The notes below the pieces were generated by a model. That model was not told the origin of the DNA. It worked only from the letters and a program-made list of their open reading frames with translations, and did no database searches. DNA of 64,000 bases from Neoechinorhynchus agilis (lineage: Eukaryota; Animalia; Acanthocephala), in NCBI GenBank assembly GCA_051530055.1, contig CM121341.1, positions 12,378,784 through 12,442,783 on the forward strand. The letters are read 5' to 3'. Shown here piece after piece: positions 47,512-62,500 of the stretch (position 1 is its first letter; the number at the start of each line of letters is the position of its first letter). The translations under genes and the position numbers were made by a program.

Positions 47512-50500
47512 TCTTGCTTACCTAACAAAGTACAAGTTTATTTTTCCTTTTAACAACCCAGGAAAAGTTTTATTGCTTAACAACGTAATTTTGAACAATA
47601 TTCTAAACCAAAAGAGCAAAGTCTTCGTTCAGTGTTCTTGCTTACCTAACAAAGTACAAGTTTATTTTTCAACAACCCAGGAAAAGTTTTATTGCTTCAA
47701 ACAACGTAATTTTGAACAATATTCTAAACCAAAAGAGCAAAGTCTCCGTTCAGTGTTCTTGCTTACCTAACAAAGTACAAGTTTATTTTTCCTTTTAACA
47801 ACCCAGGAAAAGTTTTATTGCTTCAAACAACGTAATTTTGAACAATATTCTAAACCAAAAGAGCAAAGTCTCCGTTCAGTGTTCTTGCTTACCTAACAAA
47901 GTACAAGTTTATTTTTCCTTTTAACAACCCAGGAAAAGTTTTATTGCTTCAAACAACGTAATTTTGAACAATATTCTAAACCAAAAGAGCAAAGTCTCCG
48001 TTCAGTGTTCTTGCTTACCTAACAAAGTACAAGTTTATTTTTCCTTTTAACAACCCAGGAAAAGTTTTATTGCTTCAAACAACGTAATTTTGAACAATAT
48101 TCTAAACCAAAAGAGCAAAGTCTCCGTTCAGTGTTCTTGCTTACCTAACAAAGTACAAGTTTATTTTTCAACAACCCAGGAAAAGTTTTATTGCTTCAAA
48201 CAACGTAATTTTGAACAATATTTTAAACCAAAAGAGCAAAGTCTCCGTTCAGTGTTCTTGCTTACCTAACAAAGTACAAGTTTATTTTTCAACAACCCAG
48301 GAAAAGTTTTATTGCTTCAAACAACGCAATTTTGAACAATATTCTAAACCAAAAGAGCAAAGTCTCCGTTCAGTGTTCTTGCTTACCTAACAAAGTACAA
48401 GTTTATTTTTCAACAACCCAGGAAAAGTTTTATTGCTTCAAACAACGTAATTTTGAACAATATTCTAAACCAAAAGAGCAAAGTCTCCGTTCAGTGTTCT
48501 TGCTTACCTAACAAAGTACAAGTTTATTTTTCCTTTTAACAACCCAGGAAAAGTTTTATTGCTTAAAACAACGTAATTTTGAACAATATTTTAAACCAAA
48601 AGAGCAAAGTCTCCGTTCAGTGTTCTTGCTTACCTAACAAAGTACAAGTTTATTTTTCAACAACCCAGGAAAAGTTTTATTGCTTAAAACAACGTAATTT
48701 TGAACAATATTTTAAACCAAAAGAGCAAAGTCTCCGTTCGTTCTTGCTTACCTAACAAAGTACAAGTTTATTTTTCCTTTTAACAACCCAGGAAAAGTTT
48801 TATTGCTTAAAACAACGTAATTTTGAACAATATTTTAAACCAAAAGAGCAAAGTCTTCGTTCAGTGTTCTTGCTTACCTAACAAAGTACAAGTTTATTTT
48901 TCCTTTTAACAACCCAGGAAAAGTTTTATTGCTTCAAACAACGTAATTTTGAACAATATTCTAAACCAAAAGAGCAAAGTCTCCGTTCAGTGTTCTTGCT
49001 TACCTAACAAAGTACAAGTTTATTTTTCAACAACCCAGGAAAAGTTTTATTGCTTCAAACAACGCAATTTTGAACAATATTCTAAACCAAAAGAGCAAAG
49101 TCTCCGTTCAGTGTTCTTGCTTACCTAACAAAGTACAAGTTTATTTTTCCTTTTAACAACCCAGGAAAAGTTTTATTGCTTCAAACAACGTAATTTTGAA
49201 CAATATTTTAAACCAAAAGAGCAAAGTCTCCGTTCAGTGTTCTTGCTTACCTAACAAAGTACAAGTTTATTTTTCAACAACCCAGGAAAAGTTTTATTGC
49301 TTCAAACAACGTAATTTTGAACAATATTCTAAACCAAAAGAGCAAAGTCTCCGTTCAGTGTTCTTGCTTACCTAACAAAGTACAAGTTTATTTTTCCTTT
49401 TAACAACCCAGGAAAAGTTTTATTGCTTAAAACAACGTAATTTTGAACAATATTTTAAACCAAAAGAGCAAAGTCTTCGTTCAGTGTTCTTGCTTACCTA
49501 ACAAAGTACAAGTTTATTTTTCCTTTTAACAACCCAGGAAAAGTTTTAATGCTTAAAACAACGTAATTTTGAACAATATTTTAAACCAAAAGAGCAAAGT
49601 CTCCGTTCAGTGTTCTTGCTTACCCAACAAAGTACAAGTTTATTTTTCAACAACCCAGGAAAAGTTTTATTGCTTCAAACAACGTAATTTTGAACAATAT
49701 TTTAAACCAAAAGAGCAAAGTCTCCGTTCAGTGTTCTTGCTTACCTAACAAAGTACAAGTTTATTTTTCAACAACCCAGGAAAAGTTTTATTGCTTCAAA
49801 CAACGCAATTTTGAACAATATTCTAAACCAAAAGAGCAAAGTCTCCGTTCAGTGTTCTTGCTTACCTAACAAAGTACAAGTTTATTTTTCCTTTTAACAA
49901 CCCAGGAAAAGTTTTATTGCTTCAAACAACGTAATTTTGAACAATATTCTAAACCAAAAGAGCAAAGTCTCCGTTCAGTGTTCTTGCTTACCTAACAAAG
50001 TACAAGTTTATTTTTCCTTTTAACAACCCAGGAAAAGTTTTATTGCTTCAAACAACGTAATTTTGAACAATATTTTAAACCAAAAGAGCAAAGTCTCCGT
50101 TCAGTGTTCTTGCTTACCTAACAAAGTACAAGTTTATTTTTCCTTTTAACACCAGAAAAGTTTTATTGCTTCAAACAACGTAATTTTGAACAATATTTTA
50201 AACCAAAGAGCAAAGTCTTCGTTCAGTGTTCTTGCTTACCTAACAAAGTACAAGTTTATTTTTCCTTTTAACAACCCAGGAAAAGTTTTATTGCTTCAAA
50301 CAACGTAATTTTGAACAATATTCTAAACCAAAAGAGCAAAGTCTCCGTTCAGTGTTCTTGCTTACCTAACAAAGTACAAGTTTATTTTTCCTTTTAACAA
50401 CCCAGGAAAAGTTTTATTGCTTAAAACAACGTAATTTTGAACAATATTCTAAACCAAAAGAGCAAAGTCTCCGTTCAGTGTTCTTGCTTACCTAACAAAG

Positions 50501-53500
50501 TACAAGTTTATTTTTCAACAACCCAGGAAAAGTTTTATTGCTTCAAACAACGTAATTTTGAACAATATTTTAAACCAAAAGAGCAAAGTCTCCGTTCAGT
50601 GTTCTTGCTTACCTAACAAAGTACAAGTTTATTTTTCAACAACCCAGGAAAAGTTTTATTGCTTCAAACAACGCAATTTTGAACAATATTCTAAACCAAA
50701 AGAGCAAAGTCTCCGTTCAGTGTTCTTGCTTACCTAACAAAGTACAAGTTTATTTTTCAACAACCCAGGAAAAGTTTTATTGCTTCAAACAACGTAATTT
50801 TGAACAATATTCTAAACCAAAAGAGCAAAGTCTCCGTTCAGTGTTCTTGCTTACCTAACAAAGTACAAGTTTATTTTTCCTTTTAACAACCCAGGAAAAG
50901 TTTTATTGCTTCAAACAACGTAATTTTGAACAATATTTTAAACCAAAAGAGCAAAGTCTTCGTTCAGTGTTCTTGCTTACCTAACAAAGTACAAGTTTAT
51001 TTTTCCTTTTAACAACCCAGGAAAAGTTTTATTGCTTAAAACAACGTAATTTTGAACAATATTTTAAACCAAAAGAGCAAAGTCTCCGTTCAGTGTTCTT
51101 GCTTACCTAACAAAGTACAAGTTTATTTTTCAACAACCCAGGAAAAGTTTTATTGCTTCAAACAACGTAATTTTGAACAATATTTTAAACCAAAAGAGCA
51201 AAGTCTCCGTTCAGTGTTCTTGCTTACCTAACAAAGTACAAGTTTATTTTTCCTTTTAACAACCCAGGAAAAGTTTTATTGCTTCAAACAACGTAATTTT
51301 GAACAATATTCTAAACCAAAAGAGCAAAGTCTTCGTTCAGTGTTCTTGCTTACCTAACAAAGTACAAGTTTATTTTTCCTTTTAACAACCCAGGAAAAGT
51401 TTTATTGCTTCAAACAACGTAATTTTGAACAATATTCTAAACCAAAAGAGCAAAGTCTCCGTTCAGTGTTCTTGCTTACCTAACAAAGTACAAGTTTATT
51501 TTTCCTTTTAACAACCCAGGAAAAGTTTTATTGCTTCAAACAACGTAATTTTGAACAATATTCTAAACCAAAAGAGCAAAGTCTTCGTTCAGTGTTCTTG
51601 CTTACCTAACAAAGTACAAGTTTATTTTTCAACAACCCAGGAAAAGTTTTATTGCTTCAAACAACGTAATTTTGAACAATATTCTAAACCAAAAGAGCAA
51701 AGTCTCCGTTCAGTGTTCTTGCTTACCTAACAAAGTACAAGTTTATTTTTCAACAACCCAGGAAAAGTTTTATTGCTTCAAACAACGTAATTTTGAACAA
51801 TATTTTAAACCAAAAGAGCAAAGTCTCCGTTCAGTGTTCTTGCTTACCTAACAAAGTACAAGTTTATTTTTCAACAACCCAGGAAAAGTTTTATTGCTTC
51901 AAACAACGAATTTTGAACAATATTCTAAACCAAAAGAGCAAAGTCTCCGTTCAGTGTTCTTGCTTACCTAACAAAGTACAAGTTTATTTTTCCTTTTAAC
52001 AACCCAGGAAAAGTTTTATTGCTTCAAACAACGTAATTTTGAACAATATTCTAAACCAAAAGAGCAAAGTCTCCGTTCAGTGTTCTTGCTTACCTAACAA
52101 AGTACAAGTTTATTTTTCCTTTTAACAACCCAGGAAAAGTTTTATTGCTTCAAACAACGTAATTTTGAACAATATTTTAAACCAAAAGAGCAAAGTCTTC
52201 GTTCAGTGTTCTTGCTTACCTAACAAAGTACAAGTTTATTTTTCCTTTTAACAACCCAGGAAAAGTTTTATTGCTTAAAACAACGTAATTTTGAACAATA
52301 TTTTAAACCAAAAGAGCAAAGTCTTCGTTCAGTGTTCTTGCTTACCTAACAAAGTACAAGTTTATTTTCCTTTTAACAACCCAGGAAAAGTTTTATTGCT
52401 TCAAACAACGTAATTTTGAACAATATTCTAAACCAAAGAGCAAAGTCTCCGTTCAGTGTTCTTGCTTACCTAACAAAGTACAAGTTTATTTTTCCAACAA
52501 CCCAGGAAAAGTTTTATTGCTTCAAACAACGTAATTTTGAACAATATTCTAAACCAAAAGAGCAAAGTCTCCGTTCAGTGTTCTTGCTTACCTAACAAAG
52601 TACAAGTTTATTTTTCCTTTTAACAACCCAGGAAAAGTTTTATTGCTTCAAACAACGTAATTTTGAACAATATTCTAAACCAAAAGAGCAAAGTCTCCGT
52701 TCAGTGTTCTTGCTTACCTAACAAAGTACAAGTTTATTTTTCCTTTTAACAACCCAGGAAAAGTTTTAATGCTTAAAACAACGTAATTTTGAACAATATT
52801 TTAAACCAAAAGAGCAAAGTCTCCGTTCAGTGTTCTTGCTTACCTAACAAAGTACAAGTTTATTTTTCAAAAACCCAGGAAAAGTTTTATTGCTTCAAAC
52901 AACGTAATTTTGAACAATATTTTAAACCAAAAGAGCAAAGTCTCCGTTCAGTGTTCTTGCTTACCTAACAAAGTACAAGTTTATTTTTCAACAACCCAGG
53001 AAAAGTTTTATTGCTTCAAACAACGCAATTTTGAACAATATTCTAAACCAAAAGAGCAAAGTCTCCGTTCAGTGTTCTTGCTTACCTAACAAAGTACAAG
53101 TTTATTTTTCCTTTTAACAACCCAGGAAAAGTTTTATTGCTTCAAACAACGTAATTTTGAACAATATTCTAAACCAAAAGAGCAAAGTCTCCGTTCAGTG
53201 TTCTTGCTTACCTAACAAAGTACAAGTTTATTTTTCCTTTTAACAACCCAGGAAAAGTTTTATTGCTTCAAACAACGTAATTTTGAACAATATTCTAAAC
53301 CAAAAGAGCAAAGTCTTCGTTCAGTGTTCTTGCTTACCTAACAAAGTACAAGTTTATTTTTCCTTTTAACAACCCAGGAAAAGTTTTATTGCTTCAAACA
53401 ACGTAATTTTGAACAATATTCTAAACCAAAAGAGCAAAGTCTCCGTTCAGTGTTCTTGCTTACCTAACAAAGTACAAGTTTATTTTCCTTTTAACAACCC

Positions 53501-56500
53501 AGAAAGTTTTATTGCTTCAAACAACGTAATTTTGAACAATATTCTAAACCAAAAGAGCAAAGTCTCCGTTCAGTGTTCTTGCTTACCTAACAAAGTACAA
53601 GTTTATTTTTCCTTTTAACAACCCAGGAAAAGTTTTATTGCTTCAAACAACGTAATTTTGAACAATATTCTAAACCAAAAGAGCAAAGTCTTCGTTCAGT
53701 GTTCTTGCTTACCTAACAAAGTACAAGTTTATTTTTCCTTTTAACAACCCAGGAAAAGTTTTATTGCTTCAAACAACGTAATTTTGAACAATATTCTAAA
53801 CCAAAAGAGCAAAGTCTCCGTTCAGTGTTCTTGCTTACCTAACAAAGTACAAGTTTATTTTTCCTTTTAACAACCCAGGAAAAGTTTTATTGCTTCAAAC
53901 AACGTAATTTTGAACAATATTCTAAACCAAAAGAGCAAAGTCTCCGTTCAGTGTTCTTGCTTACCTAACAAAGTACAAGTTTATTTTTCCTTTTAACAAC
54001 CCAGGAAAAGTTTTATTGCTTCAAACAACGTAATTTTGAACAATATTCTAAACAAAAAGAAGTCTCGTTCAGTGTTCTTGCTTACCTAACAAAGTACAAG
54101 TTTATTTTTCAACAACCCAGGAAAAGTTTTATTGCTCAAACAACGTAATTTTGAACAATATTTTAAACAAAACAAAGTCTCCGTTCAGTGTTCTTGCTTA
54201 CCTAACAAAGTACAAGTTTATTTTTCAACAACCCAGGAAAAGTTTTATTGCTTCAAACAACGCAATTTTGAACAATATTCTAAACCAAAAGAGCAGTCTC
54301 CGTTCAGTGTTCTTGCTTACCTAACAAAGTACAAGTTTATTTTTCAACAACCCAGGAAAAGTTTTATTGCTTCAAACAACGTAATTTTGAACAATATTTT
54401 AAACCAAAAGAGCAAAGTCTCCGTTCAGTGTTCTTGCTTACCTAACAAAGTACAAGTTTATTTTTCAACAACCCAGGAAAAGTTTTATTGCTTCAAACAA
54501 CGTAATTTTGAACAATATTCTAAACCAAAAGAGCAAAGTCTCCGTTCAGTGTTCTTGCTTACCTAACAAAGTACAAGTTTATTTTTCCTTTTAACAACCC
54601 AGGAAAAGTTTTATTGCTTCAAACAACGTAATTTTGAACAATATTCTAAACCAAAAGAGCAAAGTCTCCGTTCAGTGTTCTTGCTTACCTAACAAAGTAC
54701 AAGTTTATTTTTAACAACCCAGGAAAAGTTTTATTGCTTCAAACAACGTAATTTTGAACAATATTCTAAACCAAAAGAGCAAAGTCTCCGTTCAGTGTTC
54801 TTGCTTACCTAACAAAGTACAAGTTTATTTTTCCTTTTAACAACCCAGGAAAAGTTTTATTGCTTCAAACAACGTAATTTTGAACAATATTCTAAACCAA
54901 AAGAGCAGTCTCCGTTCAGTGTTCTTGCTTACCTAACAAAGTACAAGTTTATTTTTCCTTTTAACAACCCAGGAAAAGTTTTATTGCTTCAAACAACGTA
55001 ATTTTGAACAATATTCTAAACCAAAAGAGCAGTCTCCGTTCAGTGTTCTTGCTTACCTAACAAAGTACAAGTTTATTTTTCAACAACCCAGGAAAAGTTT
55101 TATTGCTTCAAACAACGTAATTTTGAACAATATTTTAAACCAAAAGAGCAAAGTCTCCGTTCAGTGTTCTTGCTTACCTAACAAAGTACAAGTTTATTTT
55201 TCAACAACCCAGGAAAAGTTTTATTGCTTCAAACAACGTAATTTTGAACAATATTTTAAACCAAAAGAGCAAAGTCTCCGTTCAGTGTTCTTGCTTACCT
55301 AACAAAGTACAAGTTTATTTTTCCTTTTAACAACCCAGGAAAAGTTTTATTGCTTCAAACAACGTAATTTTGAACAATATTCTAAACCAAAAGAGCAAAG
55401 TCTCCGTTCAGTGTTCTTGCTTACCTAACAAAGTACAAGTTTATTTTTCAACAACCCAGGAAAAGTTTTATTGCTTCAAACAACGTAATTTTGAACAATA
55501 TTCTAAACCAAAAGAGCAAAGTCTCCGTTCAGTGTTCTTGCTTACCTAACAAAGTACAAGTTTATTTTTCCTTTTAACAACCCAGGAAAAGTTTTATTGC
55601 TTCAAACAACGTAATTTTGAACAATATTCTAAACCAAAAGAGCAAAGTCTCCGTTCAGTGTTCTTGCTTACCTAACAAAGTACAAGTTTATTTTTCCTTT
55701 TAACAACCCAGGAAAAGTTTTATTGCTTCAAACAACGTAATTTTGAACAATATTCTAAACCAAAAGAGCAAAGTCTCCGTTCAGTGTTCTTGCTTACCTA
55801 ACAAAGTACAAGTTTATTTTTCCTTTTAACAACCCAGGAAAAGTTTTATTGCTTCAAACAACGTAATTTTGAACAATATTCTAAACCAAAAGAGCAAAGT
55901 CTCCGTTCAGTGTTCTTGCTTACCTAACAAAGTACAAGTTTATTTTTCCTTTTAACAACCCAGGAAAAGTTTTATTGCTTCAAACAACGTAATTTTGAAC
56001 AATATTCTAAACCAAAAGAGCAAAGTCTCCGTTCAGTGTTCTTGCTTACCTAACAAAGTACAAGTTTATTTTTCCTTTTAACAACCCAGGAAAAGTTTTA
56101 TTGCTTCAAACAACGTAATTTTGAACAATATTCTAAACCAAAAGAGCAAAGTCTCCGTTCAGTGTTCTTGCTTACCTAACAAAGTACAAGTTTATTTTCC
56201 TTTTAACACCAGGAAAAGTTTTATTGCTTAAAACAACGTAATTTTGAACAATATTTTAAACCAAAAGAGCAAAGTCTCCGTTCAGTGTTCTTGCTTACCT
56301 AACAAAGTACAAGTTTATTTTTTTAACAACCCAGGAAAAGTTTTATTGCTTCAAACAACGTAATTTTGAACAATATTTTAAACCAAAAGAGCAAAGTCTC
56401 CGTTCAGTGTTCTTGCTTACCTAACAAAGTACAAGTTTATTTTTCCTTTTAACAACCCAGGAAAAGTTTTATTGCTTCAAACAACGTAATTTTGAACAAT

Positions 56501-59500
56501 ATTCTAAACCAAAAGAGCAAAGTCTCCGTTCAGTGTTCTTGCTTACCTAACAAAGTACAAGTTTATTTTTCCTTTTAACAACCCAGGAAAAGTTTTATTG
56601 CTTCAAACAACGTAATTTTGAACAATATTCTAAACCAAAAGAGCAAAGTCTTCGTTCAGTGTTCTTGCTTACCTAACAAAGTACAAGTTTATTTTTCAAC
56701 AACCCAGGAAAAGTTTTATTGCTTCAAACAACGTAATTTTGAACAATATTTTAAACCAAAAGAGCAAAGTCTCCGTTCAGTGTTCTTGCTTACCTAACAA
56801 AGTACAAGTTTATTTTTCAACAACCCAGGAAAAGTTTTATTGCTTCAAACAACGCAATTTTGAACAATATTCTAAACCAAAACAAAGTCTCCGTTCAGTG
56901 TTCTTGCTTACCTAACAAAGTACAAGTTTATTTTCCTTTTAACAACCCAGGAAAAGTTTTATTGCTTCAAACAACGTAATTTTGAACAATATTCTAAACC
57001 AAAAGAGCAAAGTCTCCGTTCAGTGTTCTTGCTTACCTAACAAAGTACAAGTTTATTTTTCAACAACCCAGGAAAAGTTTTATTGCTTCAAACAACGCAA
57101 TTTTGAACAATATTCTAAACCAAAAGAGCAAAGTCTCCGTTCAGTGTTCTTGCTTACCTAACAAAGTACAAGTTTATTTTTCCTTTTAACAACCCAGGAA
57201 AAGTTTTATTGCTTCAAACAACGTAATTTTGAACAATATTCTAAACCAAAAGAGCAAAGTCTCCGTTCAGTGTTCTTGCTTACCTAACAAAGTACAAGTT
57301 TATTTTTCAACAACCCAGGAAAAGTTTTATTGCTTCAAACAACGTAATTTTGAACAATATTTTAAACCAAAAGAGCAAAGTCTCCGTTCAGTGTTCTTGC
57401 TTACCTAACAAAGTACAAGTTTATTTTTCAACAACCCAGGAAAAGTTTTATTGCTTCAAACAACGCAATTTTGAACAATATTCTAAACCAAAAGAGCAGT
57501 CTCCGTTCAGTGTTCTTGCTTACCTAACAAAGTACAAGTTTATTTTTCAACAACCCAGGAAAAGTTTTATTGCTTCAAACAACGTAATTTTGAACAATAT
57601 TTTAAACCAAAAGAGCAAAGTCTCCGTTCAGTGTTCTTGCTTACCTAACAAAGTACAAGTTTATTTTTCCTTTTAACAACCCAGGAAAAGTTTTATTGCT
57701 TAAAACAACGTAATTTTGAACAATATTTTAAACCAAAAGAGCAAAGTCTCCGTTCAGTGTTCTTGCTTACCCAACAAAGTACAAGTTTATTTTTCAACAA
57801 CCCAGGAAAAGTTTTATTGCTTCAAACAACGTAATTTTGAACAATATTTTAAACCAAAAGAGCAAAGTCTCCGTTCAGTGTTCTTGCTTACCTAACAAAG
57901 TACAAGTTTATTTTTCCTTTTAACAACCCAGGAAAAGTTTTATTGCTTCAAACAACGCAATTTTGAACAATATTCTAAACCAAAAGAGCAAAGTCTTCGT
58001 TCAGTGTTCTTGCTTACCTAACAAAGTACAAGTTTATTTTTCCTTTTAACAACCCAGGAAAAGTTTTATTGCTTCAAACAACGTAATTTTGAACAATATT
58101 CTAAACCAAAAGAGCAAAGTCTCCGTTCAGTGTTCTTGCTTACCTAACAAAGTACAAGTTTATTTTTCCTTTTAACAACCCAGGAAAAGTTTTATTGCTT
58201 CAAACAACGTAATTTTGAACAATATTCTAAACCAAAAGAGCAAAGTCTTCGTTCAGTGTTCTTGCTTACCTAACAAAGTACAAGTTTATTTTTCAACAAC
58301 CCAGGAAAAGTTTTATTGCTTCAAACAACGTAATTTTGAACAATATTTTAAACCAAAAGGCAAAGTCTCCGTTCAGTGTTCTTGCTTACCTAACAAAGTA
58401 CAAGTTTATTTTTCAACAACCCAGGAAAAGTTTTATTGCTTCAAACAACGCAATTTTGAACAATATTCTAAACCAAAAGAGCAAAGTCTCCGTTCAGTGT
58501 TCTTGCTTACCTAACAAAGTACAAGTTTATTTTTCAACAACCCAGGAAAAGTTTTATTGCTTCAAACAACGCAATTTTGAACAATATTCTAAACCAAAAG
58601 AGCAAAGTCTCCGTTCAGTGTTCTTGCTTACCTAACAAAGTACAAGTTTATTTTTCCTTTTAACAACCCAGGAAAAGTTTTATTGCTTCAAACAACGTAA
58701 TTTTGAACAATATTTTAAACCAAAGAGCAAAGTCTTCGTTCAGTGTTCTTGCTTACCTAACAAAGTACAAGTTTATTTTTCCTTTTAACAACCCAGGAAA
58801 AGTTTTATTGCTTAAAACAACGTAATTTTGAACAATATTTTAAACCAAAAGAGCAAAGTCTCCGTTCAGTGTTCTTGCTTACCCAACAAAGTACAAGTTT
58901 ATTTTTCAACAACCCAGGAAAAGTTTTATTGCTTCAAACAACGTAATTTTGAACAATATTTTAAACCAAAAGAGCAAAGTCTCCGTTCAGTGTTCTTGCT
59001 TACCCAACAAAGTACAAGTTTATTTTTCAACAACCCAGGAAAAGTTTTATTGCTTCAAACAACGCAATTTTGAACAATATTCTAAACCAAAAGAGCAAAG
59101 TCTCCGTTCAGTGTTCTTGCTTACCTAACAAAGTAAGTTTATTTTTCCTTTTAACAACCCAGGAAAAGTTTTATTGCTTCAAACAACGTAATTTTGAACA
59201 ATATTCTAAACCAAAAGAGCAAAGTCTCCGTTCAGTGTTCTTGCTTACCTAACAAAGTACAAGTTTATTTTTCCTTTTAACAACCCAGGAAAAGTTTTAT
59301 TGCTTCAAACAACGTAATTTTGAACAATATTTTAAACCAAAAGAGCAAAGTCTTCGTTCAGTGTTCTTGCTTACCTAACAAAGTACAAGTTTATTTTTCC
59401 TTTTAACAACCCAGGAAAAGTTTTATTGCTTAAAACAACGTAATTTTGAACAATATTTTAAACCAAAAGAGCAAAGTCTCCGTTCAGTGTTCTTGCTTAC

Positions 59501-62500
59501 CTAACAAAGTACAAGTTTATTTTTCAACAACCCAGGAAAAGTTTTATTGCTTCAAACAACGTAATTTTGAACAATATTCTAAACCAAAAGAGCAAAGTCT
59601 CCGTTCAGTGTTCTTGCTTACCTAACAAAGTACAAGTTTATTTTTCCTTTTAACAACCCAGGAAAAGTTTTATTGCTTCAAACAACGTAATTTTGAACAA
59701 TATTCTAAACCAAAAGAGCAAAGTCTCCGTTCAGTGTTCTTGCTTACCTAACAAAGTACAAGTTTATTTTTCCTTTTAACAACCCAGGAAAAGTTTTATT
59801 GCTTCAAACAACGTAATTTTGAACAATATTCTAAACCAAAAGAGCAAAGTCTCCGTTCAGTGTTCTTGCTTACCTAACAAGTACAAGTTTATTTTCCTTT
59901 TAACAACCCAGGAAAAGTTTTATTGCTTCAAACAACGTAATTTTGAACAATATTTTAAACCAAAAGAGCAAAGTCTCCGTTCAGTGTTCTTGCTTACCTA
60001 ACAAAGTACAAGTTTATTTTTCCTTTTAACAACCCAGGAAAAGTTTTATTGCTTCAAACAACGTAATTTTGAACAATATTCTAAACCAAAAGAGCAAAGT
60101 CTCCGTTCAGTGTTCTTGCTTACCTAACAAAGTACAAGTTTATTTTTCCTTTTAACAACCCAGGAAAAGTTTTATTGCTTCAAACAACGTAATTTTGAAC
60201 AATATTCTAAACCAAAAGAGCAAAGTCTCCGTTCAGTGTTCTTGCTTACCTAACAAAGTACAAGTTTATTTTTCAACAACCCAGGAAAAGTTTTATTGCT
60301 TCAAACAACGCAATTTTGAACAATATTCTAAACCAAAAGAGCAAAGTCTCCGTTCAGTGTTCTTGCTTACCTAACAAAGTACAAGTTTATTTTTCAACAA
60401 CCCAGGAAAAGTTTTATTGCTTCAAACAACGCAATTTTGAACAATATTCTAAACCAAAAGAGCAAAGTCTCCGTTCAGTGTTCTTGCTTACCTAACAAAG
60501 TACAAGTTTATTTTTCCTTTTAACAACCCAGGAAAAGTTTTATTGCTTCAAACAACGTAATTTTGAACAATATTTTAAACCAAAAGAGCAAAGTCTTCGT
60601 TCAGTGTTCTTGCTTACCTAACAAAGTACAAGTTTATTTTTCCTTTTAACAACCCAGGAAAAGTTTTATTGCTTAAAACAACGTAATTTTGAACAATATT
60701 TTAAACCAAAAGAGCAAAGTCTCCGTTCAGTGTTCTTGCTTACCCAACAAAGTACAAGTTTATTTTTCAACAACCCAGGAAAAGTTTTATTGCTTCAAAC
60801 AACGTAATTTTGAACAATATTTTAAACCAAAAGAGCAAAGTCTCCGTTCAGTGTTCTTGCTTACCTAACAAAGTACAAGTTTATTTTTCCTTTTAACAAC
60901 CCAGGAAAAGTTTTATTGCTTCAAACAACGTAATTTTGAACAATATTCTAAACCAAAAGAGCAAAGTCTCCGTTCAGTGTTCTTGCTTACCTAACAAAGT
61001 ACAAGTTTATTTTTCCTTTTAACAACCCAGGAAAAGTTTTATTGCTTCAAACAACGTAATTTTGAACAATATTCTAAACCAAAAGAGCAAAGTCTCCGTT
61101 CAGTGTTCTTGCTTACCTAACAAAGTACAAGTTTATTTTTCAACAACCCAGGAAAAGTTTTATTGCTTCAAACAACGTAATTTTGAACAATATTTTAAAC
61201 CAAAAGAGCAAAGTCTTCGTTCAGTGTTCTTGCTTACCTAACAAAGTACAAGTTTATTTTTCCTTTTAACAACCCAGGAAAAGTTTTATTGCTTCAAACA
61301 ACGTAATTTTGAACAATATTCTAAACCAAAAGAGCAAAGTCTTCGTTCAGTGTTCTTGCTTACCCAACAAAGTACAAGTTTATTTTTCAACAACCCAGGA
61401 AAAGTTTTATTGCTTCAAACAACGTAATTTTGAACAATATTTTAAACCAAAAGAGCAAAGTCTCCGTTCAGTGTTCTTGCTTACCCAACAAAGTACAAGT
61501 TTATTTTTCAACAACCCAGGAAAAGTTTTATTGCTTCAAACAACGCAATTTTGAACAATATTCTAAACCAAAAGAGCAAAGTCTCCGTTCAGTGTTCTTG
61601 CTTACCTAACAAAGTACAAGTTTATTTTTCAACAACCCAGGAAAAGTTTTATTGCTTCAAACAACGCAATTTTGAACAATATTCTAAACCAAAAGAGCAA
61701 AGTCTCCGTTCAGTGTTCTTGCTTACCTAACAAAGTACAAGTTTATTTTTCAACAACCCAGGAAAAGTTTTATTGCTTCAAACAACGTAATTTTGAACAA
61801 TATTCTAAACCAAAAGAGCAAAGTCTCCGTTCAGTGTTCTTGCTTACCTAACAAAGTACAAGTTTATTTTTCCTTTTAACAACCCAGGAAAAGTTTTATT
61901 GCTTCAAACAACGTAATTTTGAACAATATTTTAAACCAAAAGAGCAAAGTCTCCGTTCAGTGTTCTTGCTTACCTAACAAAGTACAAGTTTATTTTTCAA
62001 CAACCCAGGAAAAGTTTTATTGCTTCAAACAACGCAATTTTGAACAATATTCTAAACCAAAAGAGCAAAGTCTCCGTTCAGTGTTCTTGCTTACCTAACA
62101 AAGTACAGTTTATTTTTCAACAACCCAGGAAAAGTTTTATTGCTTCAAACAACGTAATTTTGAACAATATTCTAAACCAAAAGAGCAGTCTCCGTTCAGT
62201 GTTCTTGCTTACCCAACAAAGTACAAGTTTATTTTTCAACAACCCAGGAAAAGTTTTATTGCTTCAAACAACGTAATTTTGAACAATATTTTAAACCAAA
62301 AGAGCAAAGTCTCCGTTCAGTGTTCTTGCTTACCTAACAAAGTACAAGTTTATTTTTCAACAACCCAGGAAAAGTTTTATTGCTTCAAACAACGTAATTT
62401 TGAACAATATTTTAAACCAAAAGAGCAAAGTCTCCGTTCAGTGTTCTTGCTTACCTAACAAAGTACAAGTTTATTTTTCCTTTTAACAACCCAGGAAAAG

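Noticed and set aside
44021-47553. Many overlapping and antisense ORFs within the retrotransposon
   Set aside because: Expected shadows of a GC-rich pol and the LTRs; no env-like or other motifs.
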